Source: an uncultured Verrucomicrobiales bacterium
Lineage (GTDB): Bacteria > Verrucomicrobiota > Verrucomicrobiia > Verrucomicrobiales > DEV007
Length of the DNA: 14,905 bases
Direction: 5' to 3'
NCBI GenBank assembly: GCA_938091905.1
Contig: CALKOM010000121.1
Span: 1 to 14,905, forward strand
Each line of letters opens with the position of its first letter. Position 1 is the stretch's first letter. Both the position numbers and the translations under genes were made by a program. The notes beneath the pieces were generated by a model. That model saw nothing but the letters and a program-made list of their open reading frames with translations. It did not search any database and was not told where the DNA came from. Shown here piece by piece: positions 1 to 7,560 of the stretch.

Positions 1-539
1 CGTGTTCTCGTGGAAACGAGCGAGTGCATCGCAGCGACATGCTCTCTGGCTCAGTGCTCTCATAGGGATCGTGCTGCCACCATCCCTTACAGCCGTTCCC
101 AAGTGGCGGCTGCCAACGCCGTCCGTGGATGTCGCCACCGAAACGCCGATGCCCGTCGTGATTCCGGGGGCAACTCCGTTGTCGTTGCCGGAAGCTTCTG
201 AGTCAGTTGATCTGGTGAACTTTGGTAACAGGACGGCTGGACGTTGAAGGATCTCCTGTTGGCCGTGTGGGTACTAGATGTTCGATGGCAACTGATGCGC
301 TGGGCTGCTGGTCAACGAGTGCTCTGGCGCTGGTAAGTGCGTTCCGAATCAGTAGCTGAGAAGCAGTTTCAAGACATTCCCGTCCGTTTTGGAGATGACG
401 CCCCAGGACCTTTGCTTACTGGCTTATCTCATCCAGGCTTCCTGGAACAGTGGTCACGTTAGATGTTATGCGTGACGACAAGAAGATGAAGTTTGAAGTA
501 GCCCGCGGGCGACGCTCTAGGGATCTGCAGGAACCCTAA
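1..539 (+). pseudogene. Degraded M56 (BlaR1/MecR1-like) membrane metallopeptidase gene with PDZ-like C-terminal remnant; 5' end lies outside the window
   Basis: Frame +2 (2-244) reads WKRASASQRHALWLSALIGIVLPPSLTAVPKW, resembling the M56 N-terminal 'RRASAAxRHxxW' TM segment. Frame +1 from 229 reads QDGWTLKDLLLAVWVLDVRWQLMRWAAGQRVLWRW*VRSESVAEKQFQDIPVRFGDDAPGPLLTGLSHP, resembling the M56 TM plus 'SPxxxGxxxP', with TAA at 334-336. Frame +3 (438-539) reads LPGTVVTLDVMRDDKKMKFEVARG...*, resembling a PDZ end. No HExxH remains. Confidence 0.75.
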
Positions 540-551
540 GTTTGCCTTGAG

Positions 552-598
552 GTAGCCTGGCCATCTTGGCGAGGACACGGGTAGGATGCCCGCGCTAC
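552..598. repeat. Inverted doublet of GTAG-headed REP-like palindromes (REPIN-like) between convergent genes
   Basis: Plus strand: GTAG-CCTGGCCA-TCT-TGGCGAGG (552-574). Minus strand: GTAGCG-CGGGCA-TCC-TACCCG (598-578). Each unit is GTAG followed by an imperfect hairpin with a 3-nt loop, and the units are oppositely oriented. Confidence 0.65.
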
Positions 599-605
599 AT
601 TAAAG

Positions 606-2825
606 TTAGTCTTTGCGTTTACGGCGTTTGATGGTGTAAGTGACTTTCTTCCGCGCAGACTTCTTTTTTCCCGCGCGTGTCTTCTTCTTAGGTGCGGGTC
701 CCATGGTCTTCATGGGTTCTTGACCGCTTTGTTTCTTCAGTTCGTTAATTTGATCTCGGAGGAGAGCAGCACGTTCGTATTCAAGTTTGCCGGCGGCCTC
801 TTGCATTTCTTCTTCTAGTTCGCGGAGCACGCTAAGAACGTCCAGGTCGCTGGACGTTTCCTGGACGAGATTGGTTTCGAGTTCTTTCCCGTGGACGACC
901 ATCTGCAGGCTTTCCTGCACAGCACGACGCACGCCTTGGGGCGTGATGCCATGCTTCTTGTTGTGCACCATCTGGCGTTTGCGCCGATACTCGGTTATCG
1001 ATAACAGTTTCTTAATACTCCCCGTTTTTGTGTCAGCAAACAGGACAACTTCACCGTTTTCATGGCGCGCAGCGCGGCCTGCGGTCTGAATAAGCGAGGT
1101 TTCGCTGCGAAGATAACCTTCCTTGTCAGCGTCGAGGATGCAGACAAGGCTAACTTCCGGAAGGTCGAGGCCTTCACGGAGGAGATTGATACCTACGAGG
1201 ATATCGAACTCGGCGGCACGTAGCGCGCGCAGGATCTCGACGCGTTCGATCGCGTCGATGTCACTGTGCAAGTAGCGCACTTTCAGATCCACTTCACGTA
1301 GGTAGTCTGTCAGGTCTTCTGCTGTGCGTTTGGTCAGGGTGGTGATGAGCACGCGTTCGCCTTTCTCGACGCGTTGGCGACAGAGCTCGATTGTTTCATC
1401 GATCTGCGCTTTCAAGGGGCGCATGGTGATGATTGGATCGAGCAATCCTGTTGGCCGAATGATCTGCTCGACGACGAGTTGAGTGCCATCCTTCTGCGCG
1501 TCGAAATCCTTGATCGATTCGCGAGCCCCAGAGAACTTGGGTAGTCGGCTGGGTGTCGTTTCCTCTTCGCCGATTCGATCGCGTTTGTGAGGTATGTAAC
1601 CGTCATTGCCAACCACGCTGTTCTCTATTTCGAAGTTTGCGGGCGTGGCACTGACATAGATGCGCTGAGTTGTCATTCCCATAAACTCTGGGAAACGCAG
1701 CGGGCGGTTGTCGAGTGCACTCGGCAATCGAAAGCCGAAGTTGACTAGATTGCTCTTACGAGAGCGATCTCCTTCATACATGCCGCCAATCTGAGGAACG
1801 GTGGCATGAGATTCATCGAGTAAGAGAAGGAAATCCTTGGGAAAGAAGTCGATCAGCGTGCCGGGGCGGCTTCCTGGAATGCGTTCGGCCAGGTGTCGAC
1901 TGTAGTTCTCAATGCCCTGGCAGAACCCCATCTCTTGCATCATTTCCAAATCGTATTGCGTGCGTTGACGAATGCGTTGAGCTTCGATGAATTTCTGTTC
2001 CTTCTCGAATTTATCGACGGTGATATCGAGTTCCTCACGGATGGCACGCATTGCCCGGCGCATCTTGTCAGCTGGCGTGACGAACTGCTTTGCGGGATAA
2101 AGGGTGTAGGACTCGAGATTGGTCTTGGCATGACCAGTGAGCGGATCAAACGAAGTCACGCGCTCAATCTCATCGCCAAAGAACTCCACGCGGATGGCTT
2201 CGCTATCTAGGTAGGCCGGGAAGACTTCGACGACGTCGCCTCGCACACGAAACTTGCCGCGCCCGAAGGCGATGTCGTTACGCTCATAGAGCATGTCGAC
2301 GATTTTCGTGAGGAAGGCATCGCGATCAATCTCCTGACCGACCTTCACCGGCAACATCATACCTTCGTAGTCTTCCGGCGATCCCAAGCCGTAGATACAG
2401 GAGACGCTGGCGATGACAATGACGTCTTCCCGTGTGATCAATGAGCCCATGGTCGAGAGTCGCATTCGCTCGATCTCGTCATTGATCGAGGAATCCTTCT
2501 CGATGTAGGTGTCTGTTCGTGGGATGTAGGCCTCCGGTTGGTAGTAGTCGAAATAACTGACAAAGTATTCGACCGCATTGTGAGGAAAGAAATTCTTGAA
2601 TTCGGAGTAGAGCTGAGCCGCCAACGTCTTGTTGTGCGACATGATGAGCGCGGGTTTTCCGATCTGAGCGATGACGTTCGCCATGGTGAACGTCTTTCCA
2701 GACCCGGTGACTCCGAGCAGAGTCTGATGATGGTTTCCGGCTTGGACAGACTTGACCAGCTTGGTGATGGCTTGGCCTTGATCGCCTTGAGGCTCGTAGT
2801 CGGAAACTAGTCGGAACTTACTCAT
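606..2825 (-). CDS. uvrB: Excinuclease ABC subunit B (UvrB)
   Basis: Walker A GVTGSGKT, HNKTLAAQLY, beta-hairpin YFVSYFDYYQPEAY, DESH box, VSATP, EQIIRPTGL, GINLLREGLDLPEV, QTAGRAAR, and C-terminal UVR domain LEEEMQEAAGKLEYERAALLRDQI. Confidence 0.99.
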   Translation of the reverse strand: MSKFRLVSDYEPQGDQGQAITKLVKSVQAGNHHQTLLGVTGSGKTFTMANVIAQIGKPALIMSHNKTLAAQLYSEFKNFFPHNAVEYFVSYFDYYQPEAYIPRTDTYIEKDSSINDEIERMRLSTMGSLITREDVIVIASVSCIYGLGSPEDYEGMMLPVKVGQEIDRDAFLTKIVDMLYERNDIAFGRGKFRVRGDVVEVFPAYLDSEAIRVEFFGDEIERVTSFDPLTGHAKTNLESYTLYPAKQFVTPADKMRRAMRAIREELDITVDKFEKEQKFIEAQRIRQRTQYDLEMMQEMGFCQGIENYSRHLAERIPGSRPGTLIDFFPKDFLLLLDESHATVPQIGGMYEGDRSRKSNLVNFGFRLPSALDNRPLRFPEFMGMTTQRIYVSATPANFEIENSVVGNDGYIPHKRDRIGEEETTPSRLPKFSGARESIKDFDAQKDGTQLVVEQIIRPTGLLDPIITMRPLKAQIDETIELCRQRVEKGERVLITTLTKRTAEDLTDYLREVDLKVRYLHSDIDAIERVEILRALRAAEFDILVGINLLREGLDLPEVSLVCILDADKEGYLRSETSLIQTAGRAARHENGEVVLFADTKTGSIKKLLSITEYRRKRQMVHNKKHGITPQGVRRAVQESLQMVVHGKELETNLVQETSSDLDVLSVLRELEEEMQEAAGKLEYERAALLRDQINELKKQSGQEPMKTMGPAPKKKTRAGKKKSARKKVTYTIKRRKRKD

Positions 2826-2828
2826 TCC

Positions 2829-3776
2829 TCAGCCTTTCTGACATTCATCGAGGGCTAGAGCTGCCGCGCCAATGATTCCTGCCTCATTGCTGAATTGCGC
2901 GGGGACGAGCTTCAACCCGTCTGTGAACGATGCATCCATTTGCGTGTTCAAATGATTGCGCAAGGGGCCTAGCAGCAAATCGCCGGCCTTGGCCATGCCA
3001 CCGCCAATAACCACGCAATCGAGATTCAATACCCACAAGACGTTGGCAAGACCAATGGCCAGGCGTTCACCAACTTCCCACCATACGGCGATCGCAATGG
3101 CGTCTCCAGCCTGAGCGCGCTCAGCTACCTTTAGCGGCGTGCAGTCTTGTTCACTCAACGATTGGCCAGCCGATTGATACTTCTCCATGGCGAGATCGGT
3201 TACAGGGCTGTTACCCACATAGCGCTCTAGCGCCCCCATATTCCCGTGGCCACCTAGGCGCCCATTGTAGTCGATGCTGATCTGACCAACCTCACCAGCC
3301 CCGTAAGTCGCTCCCCGATAGAGTTCGCCACCCAGAATGAGCCCTCCACCCACGCCGGTTCCGAGGGTTATGGCTAACAAATACTCTCTACCACGCCCGG
3401 CGCCATAACGCCATTCAGCATAGGTCATCGCATTGGCGTCATTCTCGGCGATACATGGCAGGCCCGTAGATTCGGAGAGGATGGACTTGAGATTCACGCC
3501 TTCCCATCCGTCTACATTGGTAAGCGCGTGGACGCCGCCGGTCTCCCAGTTGACAAAGCCAGGTAGGCCCGCACCAATCGCTGCGATGGAAGGATGTTTC
3601 TTCCGTAGCGAGGCAATGCATTTCTCAATCTCGGGAATGAGTGCGGCTGCTCCGTCAAACTCTGGTGTGGGAATTGGCGCGGCTTTCTCGACTAGATCAG
3701 CGCCCTGACAAACTCCCACCTTTACAGAGGTCCCGCCGAAGTCGATACCGAGGGCGAGGGGTAGGTCAGAAGACAT
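2829..3776 (-). CDS. ROK family sugar kinase (glucokinase-like)
   Basis: N-terminal phosphate loop GIDFGGTSVK, ENDANA, TLGTGVGGG, GAGEVG, IGGG and C-terminal NEAGIIGAA. No N-terminal HTH, so a kinase rather than a repressor. Confidence 0.93.
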   Translation of the reverse strand: MSSDLPLALGIDFGGTSVKVGVCQGADLVEKAAPIPTPEFDGAAALIPEIEKCIASLRKKHPSIAAIGAGLPGFVNWETGGVHALTNVDGWEGVNLKSILSESTGLPCIAENDANAMTYAEWRYGAGRGREYLLAITLGTGVGGGLILGGELYRGATYGAGEVGQISIDYNGRLGGHGNMGALERYVGNSPVTDLAMEKYQSAGQSLSEQDCTPLKVAERAQAGDAIAIAVWWEVGERLAIGLANVLWVLNLDCVVIGGGMAKAGDLLLGPLRNHLNTQMDASFTDGLKLVPAQFSNEAGIIGAAALALDECQKG

Positions 3777-3821
3777 GCCTGGACTTCTCCCAGGAAACGC
3801 CCTCGGCGCAAGGCGAAATCA

Positions 3822-4883
3822 CTAGTCTGTCGCCGGGATGGCCGCGCGACGAAGCCGATCCATGATGGCCGAGCCTATACTGTGCTCGGGAACAGGCTCA
3901 GCGATGATCTCGTCAACGCCGAGTTGGTCTGCCTGCCGCATGACAAAGAAGAGTCGCACCGCAGCTTCAGGAACCTTGCCCGATCCGGGGCTGAGCGTGA
4001 AGGTCTCGACAAATTCTGTTAGACCAATGTAGCCATCATCTTCAAGTCCGCGATAGCTTAGCAACGCATAGCGTTTCCCTTCTTCTGGTTGAAATTCGCT
4101 TGGATCGCTCAGTAGGCGCAAGGGCGTGACCGGAGCGTAGTGACTATCAGTCTGACCAGGAGCTTCCAAGACAGGAGCGGCATCTTCTTTTACTTTCGTG
4201 TGCAGTGAAGGCTTCCGCTTCTTGACGATCTTTCCGATGGGCTTCAAGTCCTCTGCCGTAACGGGACCATGCCGTAGGATGTGAAAGAGCGGCTTCCCTT
4301 CTGTGAGTTCGAACTTGAGAATGGTCGATTCTAGGCCAGCAGAGCAGGCGCCGCCGTCGAGCACGAGGGGAATGCGTCCGTCGAGTTCTTCAAGAGCTGC
4401 CGATGCCGATGTTGGGCTGATCCGCCCAAAGCGATTGGCGCTCGGGGCCGCCAGGGGGCGGCCGAGTTCGTGGAGGACACGTTTGAAAACGGGGTCCGAG
4501 GTCATGCGAACGGCGACCGTGGGCAAGCCTGCTGTGATGGCGTCGCTCACATCTGGGTGTTTTGGAAGAATGAATGTTAGAGGTCCGGGCCAGAACGCTT
4601 GCATGAGCTTGCGCAAGAGGTTGTCCGTTGCGTCATCGACCACCGCGACTTCGTAGAGCGATTCCTTTCTTGGAATGTGTATAATGAGAGGGTCGAACGA
4701 AGGGCGCTCCTTTGCTTCGAAGATCCGTGCGATGGCTTTCGGTGAGGTAATGTCTCCGGCCAGCCCGTACACTGTCTCTGTGGGCAGAGCGACCACATCG
4801 CCACGCTTGAGCACGGTGACGGCCTCGGCCACGCTACTCCTCATGGCTTCGGCAGGATCAGTAGGGAGAAGACGGGTTTCCAT
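3822..4883 (-). CDS. tsaC: L-threonylcarbamoyladenylate synthase, Sua5 type (YrdC domain + SUA5 C-terminal domain)
   Basis: PTETVYGL, KERPSFDPLIIH, FWPGPLT, AAPSANRFGRISPT, GLESTI, linker APGQTDSHYAP and C-terminal GSAIMDRLRRAA. Confidence 0.97.
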   Translation of the reverse strand: METRLLPTDPAEAMRSSVAEAVTVLKRGDVVALPTETVYGLAGDITSPKAIARIFEAKERPSFDPLIIHIPRKESLYEVAVVDDATDNLLRKLMQAFWPGPLTFILPKHPDVSDAITAGLPTVAVRMTSDPVFKRVLHELGRPLAAPSANRFGRISPTSASAALEELDGRIPLVLDGGACSAGLESTILKFELTEGKPLFHILRHGPVTAEDLKPIGKIVKKRKPSLHTKVKEDAAPVLEAPGQTDSHYAPVTPLRLLSDPSEFQPEEGKRYALLSYRGLEDDGYIGLTEFVETFTLSPGSGKVPEAAVRLFFVMRQADQLGVDEIIAEPVPEHSIGSAIMDRLRRAAIPATD

Positions 4884-4968
4884 AACTAAAGAGTGACATC
4901 GGGGCGAATCTCCCTCAATCTGTCTTCTGTGAGAGGTCGGTCAAACGAATCCTCTCGAGTTCCCACCT

Positions 4969-5532
4969 ATGAATACCACGACAGCAGCACCTGAAGGTGA
5001 GGCCTCGCTTACCAATGTCTTTATGGTAGGCATGATGGGTTGTGGGAAATCGGCAATCGGACGCAAGATTGCTGAGAGTCTTAATCTAACATTTCTAGAT
5101 ACGGATGATATGATCGTCGAAGAAGCGGGGCGGAGTATTCCCGAGATCTTTGCTGCGGAAGGTGAGGCTGGGTTTCGTCTCAGGGAGAGACGGGCGTTGA
5201 AATCGCTTAAGGGTAGTTCGGGGCAAGTCATTTCGACGGGAGGCGGCATCGTCCTCTCTCCCGACAATCGCATCACGTTGCGTTCATTAGGCTACGGCAT
5301 TTGGTTGACGGCCTCGGTCGATAAATTGCTTTTCCGTATCTCGCAGAATCGTGAACGACCTCTCATGCAAACGGCCAACCCTCGGGAGACCCTTCTTGCT
5401 CTCCTGGATGAGCGTGAGCCCCTTTACGACGAAGTGGCTGACATGGTCGTCGATACTTCTGAACTCACTGTCTGTGAAACGGTTCATGGGTTGGTGGAGT
5501 GCATCAACTATCACTTTGCCTGTCAACTGTGA
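4969..5532 (+). CDS. aroK: Shikimate kinase
   Basis: Walker A GMMGCGKS, FLDTDDMI, IPEIFAAEGEAGFR, STGGG, lid RPLM, REPLY. Confidence 0.96.
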   Translation: MNTTTAAPEGEASLTNVFMVGMMGCGKSAIGRKIAESLNLTFLDTDDMIVEEAGRSIPEIFAAEGEAGFRLRERRALKSLKGSSGQVISTGGGIVLSPDNRITLRSLGYGIWLTASVDKLLFRISQNRERPLMQTANPRETLLALLDEREPLYDEVADMVVDTSELTVCETVHGLVECINYHFACQL

Positions 5533-6593
5533 GTGAAACGCTGACGGAGACGCTGCCTGTCCCTGAAGCTGCAGCAATTAAAGCGAACTTGGTAAGCATC
5601 GCGCGCGAGCTAGGTTTTTCGGTCTGTTGTGTGGCTCCAGCTAGGCCTGCGAGGCACGCAGATCGCTTTCGTCAATGGGTTGAGGATGCGTGCTATGGCG
5701 ACATGGCTTGGTTAGCTAAACGTGTGGAGCGGCGGGTGGACCCACGTGAGGTGCTGCCCGGTGCGAAGTCTGTCGTGGTGCTCGCCATGAATTATTTTCA
5801 AGGGGATCGACCAGAGGGCAAAGCGGCGTCTCCTGGTCGCTTTGCGCGTTATGCCTGGGGGTCAGACTATCATGATCTTATCGAAGAAAAGCTTAAAGAT
5901 CTCTCCACCCACATCGACGACCTTGGCGGGCGGCAACGGTACTATGTGGATACGGGCCCAGTCCTAGAGCGTGACATTGCTTCCGCAGCTGGTTTGGGTT
6001 GGAATGGCAAGAGTACGGTTCAGATTCATCGAGAGCTAGGGACGTGGTTTCTCCTTGCAGTGATATTGACGGATTTGCCATTGCCGCCAGATCCCAAAGA
6101 GTCGGACCATTGTGGCAAATGCATCCGTTGTATGGATGCGTGTCCCACGCAGGCGATCACCGCGGAACGTCGGCTGGATGCCCGGCGCTGCATCTCGTAT
6201 CTCACTATTGAGCATCGAGGCAGCATCCCGCTAGAGTTTCGCGAATTGATGGGGGATCGGATCTTTGGCTGTGATGACTGTTTGTCAGTCTGTCCTTGGA
6301 ATCGTTTTGCAGAGGCAAGCAAGGAAGCTGCCTTTCAGGCCCGCCCGTTTGTCAATGACTGGAACTTGCGTGACTTCCTTGGTCTGGATGTTGAGGCCTT
6401 TCGCGAACTCTTCCGCAAGTCGCCCGTCAAGAGAACAAAACGCCCAGGGTTTCTGCGCAATGTGTGTGTGGCCCTTGGAAATGTAGGCACAGCTGAGGAT
6501 GTGCCCGCTTTGCAACGCGCAGCGGAGGATGAGGATGAATTAATCGCGGAACATGCGCGTTGGGCACTCGAGCGCATTGCCGAACGCAGTTAG
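5529..6593 (+). CDS. queG: tRNA epoxyqueuosine(34) reductase QueG
   Basis: GDMAWL, ARYAWGSDYH, YVDTGPVLER, AGLGWNGKS, 4Fe-4S motifs CGKCIRCMDACPT, CISYLTIE and GCDDCLSVCPWN, RNVCVALGN, EHARWAL. Start placed at GTG 5529, which overlaps the aroK TGA (GTGA coupling), rather than 5499. Confidence 0.96.
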   Translation: MSETLTETLPVPEAAAIKANLVSIARELGFSVCCVAPARPARHADRFRQWVEDACYGDMAWLAKRVERRVDPREVLPGAKSVVVLAMNYFQGDRPEGKAASPGRFARYAWGSDYHDLIEEKLKDLSTHIDDLGGRQRYYVDTGPVLERDIASAAGLGWNGKSTVQIHRELGTWFLLAVILTDLPLPPDPKESDHCGKCIRCMDACPTQAITAERRLDARRCISYLTIEHRGSIPLEFRELMGDRIFGCDDCLSVCPWNRFAEASKEAAFQARPFVNDWNLRDFLGLDVEAFRELFRKSPVKRTKRPGFLRNVCVALGNVGTAEDVPALQRAAEDEDELIAEHARWALERIAERS

Positions 6594-6598
6594 CCTTG

Positions 6599-7486
6599 AT
6601 GACGAAGACTTCCTTGAAAGCATGGGTGTTAGCTGCAAGACCAAAGACCTTGCCAGCGGCCGTGGCTCCGGTGACCGTAGGGACGGTGTTAGGTGCTCAA
6701 TTAGTAGGCGCTTGGAGAGTCGACTTGGCGTTCTTCGCCTTGCTCTCGTGTCTCGCCCTTCAGATTGCGACAAATCTCTTCAATGATGCCATCGATTATG
6801 AGAAAGGGGCTGACACCGAGAATCGGCTGGGGCCACGCCGTGTGACGGCCTCGGGTGATCTTTCCTCACGCCAGGTGATGTGGGCCGCGCTTGTCGTCTT
6901 GGGACTTTCTGGATTGTGCGCCCTGCCATTGTGGCAGGCCAGAGGCTGGCCTATTTTAGCTATTGGCATTCCTTCTCTGTATTTGTGCTATGGCTACACA
7001 GGTGGTCCCATGCCGCTGGCCTATCGTGGATTGGGAGATCTCTTCGTGCTGGTATTCTTTGGCTGGGTGGCGGTGATTGGGTCCTGCTTTCTTCAAACGG
7101 GGCGATTTGACCTCGAAGCCGTCTTGTTAGGCACCCAGATTGGGCTGCTATCTGTCGCGCTTATCGCGATCAACAATCTCCGGGATCATGAGGAGGATGC
7201 GGGTACAGGAAAACGGACCCTCGCCGTAAGGCTCGGTCCCTTTTGGGCAAGGTGGGAGGTTGCGCTCACGCTTGTAGCCCCTTGTCTCCTTGGGCTTGCC
7301 TGGTTCAACTTTGGGCGGCCCTCAGTGGCCCTTTGGCCGCTTGCAACTTTGCCCTTGGGAGCGTTCATCGCTGCACGTGTCTGGGCGACACCGCCGAGCC
7401 CGTCCTACAATCGGTTTCTCGCTTTGAGCGCGTTGCATCTTGTTATCAGCGCAGGATTGCTCACGCTAGCGCTTCTCCAGCGTTGA
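6599..7486 (+). CDS. menA: 1,4-dihydroxy-2-naphthoate octaprenyltransferase
   Basis: AARPKTLPAA, QIATNLFNDAIDYEKGADT..RLGPRR, YTGGPMPLAYRGLGD, NNLRDHEED..GKRTLAVRLG, and multiple TM segments. Start placed at ATG 6599, 5 nt after the queG stop. Confidence 0.96.
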   Translation: MTKTSLKAWVLAARPKTLPAAVAPVTVGTVLGAQLVGAWRVDLAFFALLSCLALQIATNLFNDAIDYEKGADTENRLGPRRVTASGDLSSRQVMWAALVVLGLSGLCALPLWQARGWPILAIGIPSLYLCYGYTGGPMPLAYRGLGDLFVLVFFGWVAVIGSCFLQTGRFDLEAVLLGTQIGLLSVALIAINNLRDHEEDAGTGKRTLAVRLGPFWARWEVALTLVAPCLLGLAWFNFGRPSVALWPLATLPLGAFIAARVWATPPSPSYNRFLALSALHLVISAGLLTLALLQR

Positions 7487-7499
7487 CCTGGCGAGTTCC

Positions 7500-7528
7500 T
7501 CGACAAATGATCGTGCCTTCCCTATATT
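7500..7528 (+). promoter_or_regulatory. Sigma70-type promoter for the CotH/LTD gene
   Basis: TCGACA (7500-7505), 17-nt spacer, TATATT (7523-7528). Each hexamer matches consensus at 5 of 6 positions and the element ends 32 nt upstream of ATG 7561. Confidence 0.6.
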
Positions 7529-7560
7529 AACGGTATTCCTGAAATCCCTACTCTCGACCC

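Noticed and set aside
1476..1616. UvrB insertion as an intein or intron
   Set aside because: Too short, in frame, and without intein terminal residues or group I/II intron features.
4931..4956. GAGAGG...CCTCTC inverted repeat and weak TTGACC -35 in the tsaC/aroK divergent spacer
   Set aside because: Short arms and no convincing -10 element, so a specific promoter or operator cannot be called.
5499..6598. ORF-track starts for queG (5499) and menA (6560)
   Set aside because: They would overlap the upstream genes by 34 nt. GTG 5529 (GTGA coupling) and ATG 6599 fit the family N-termini better.
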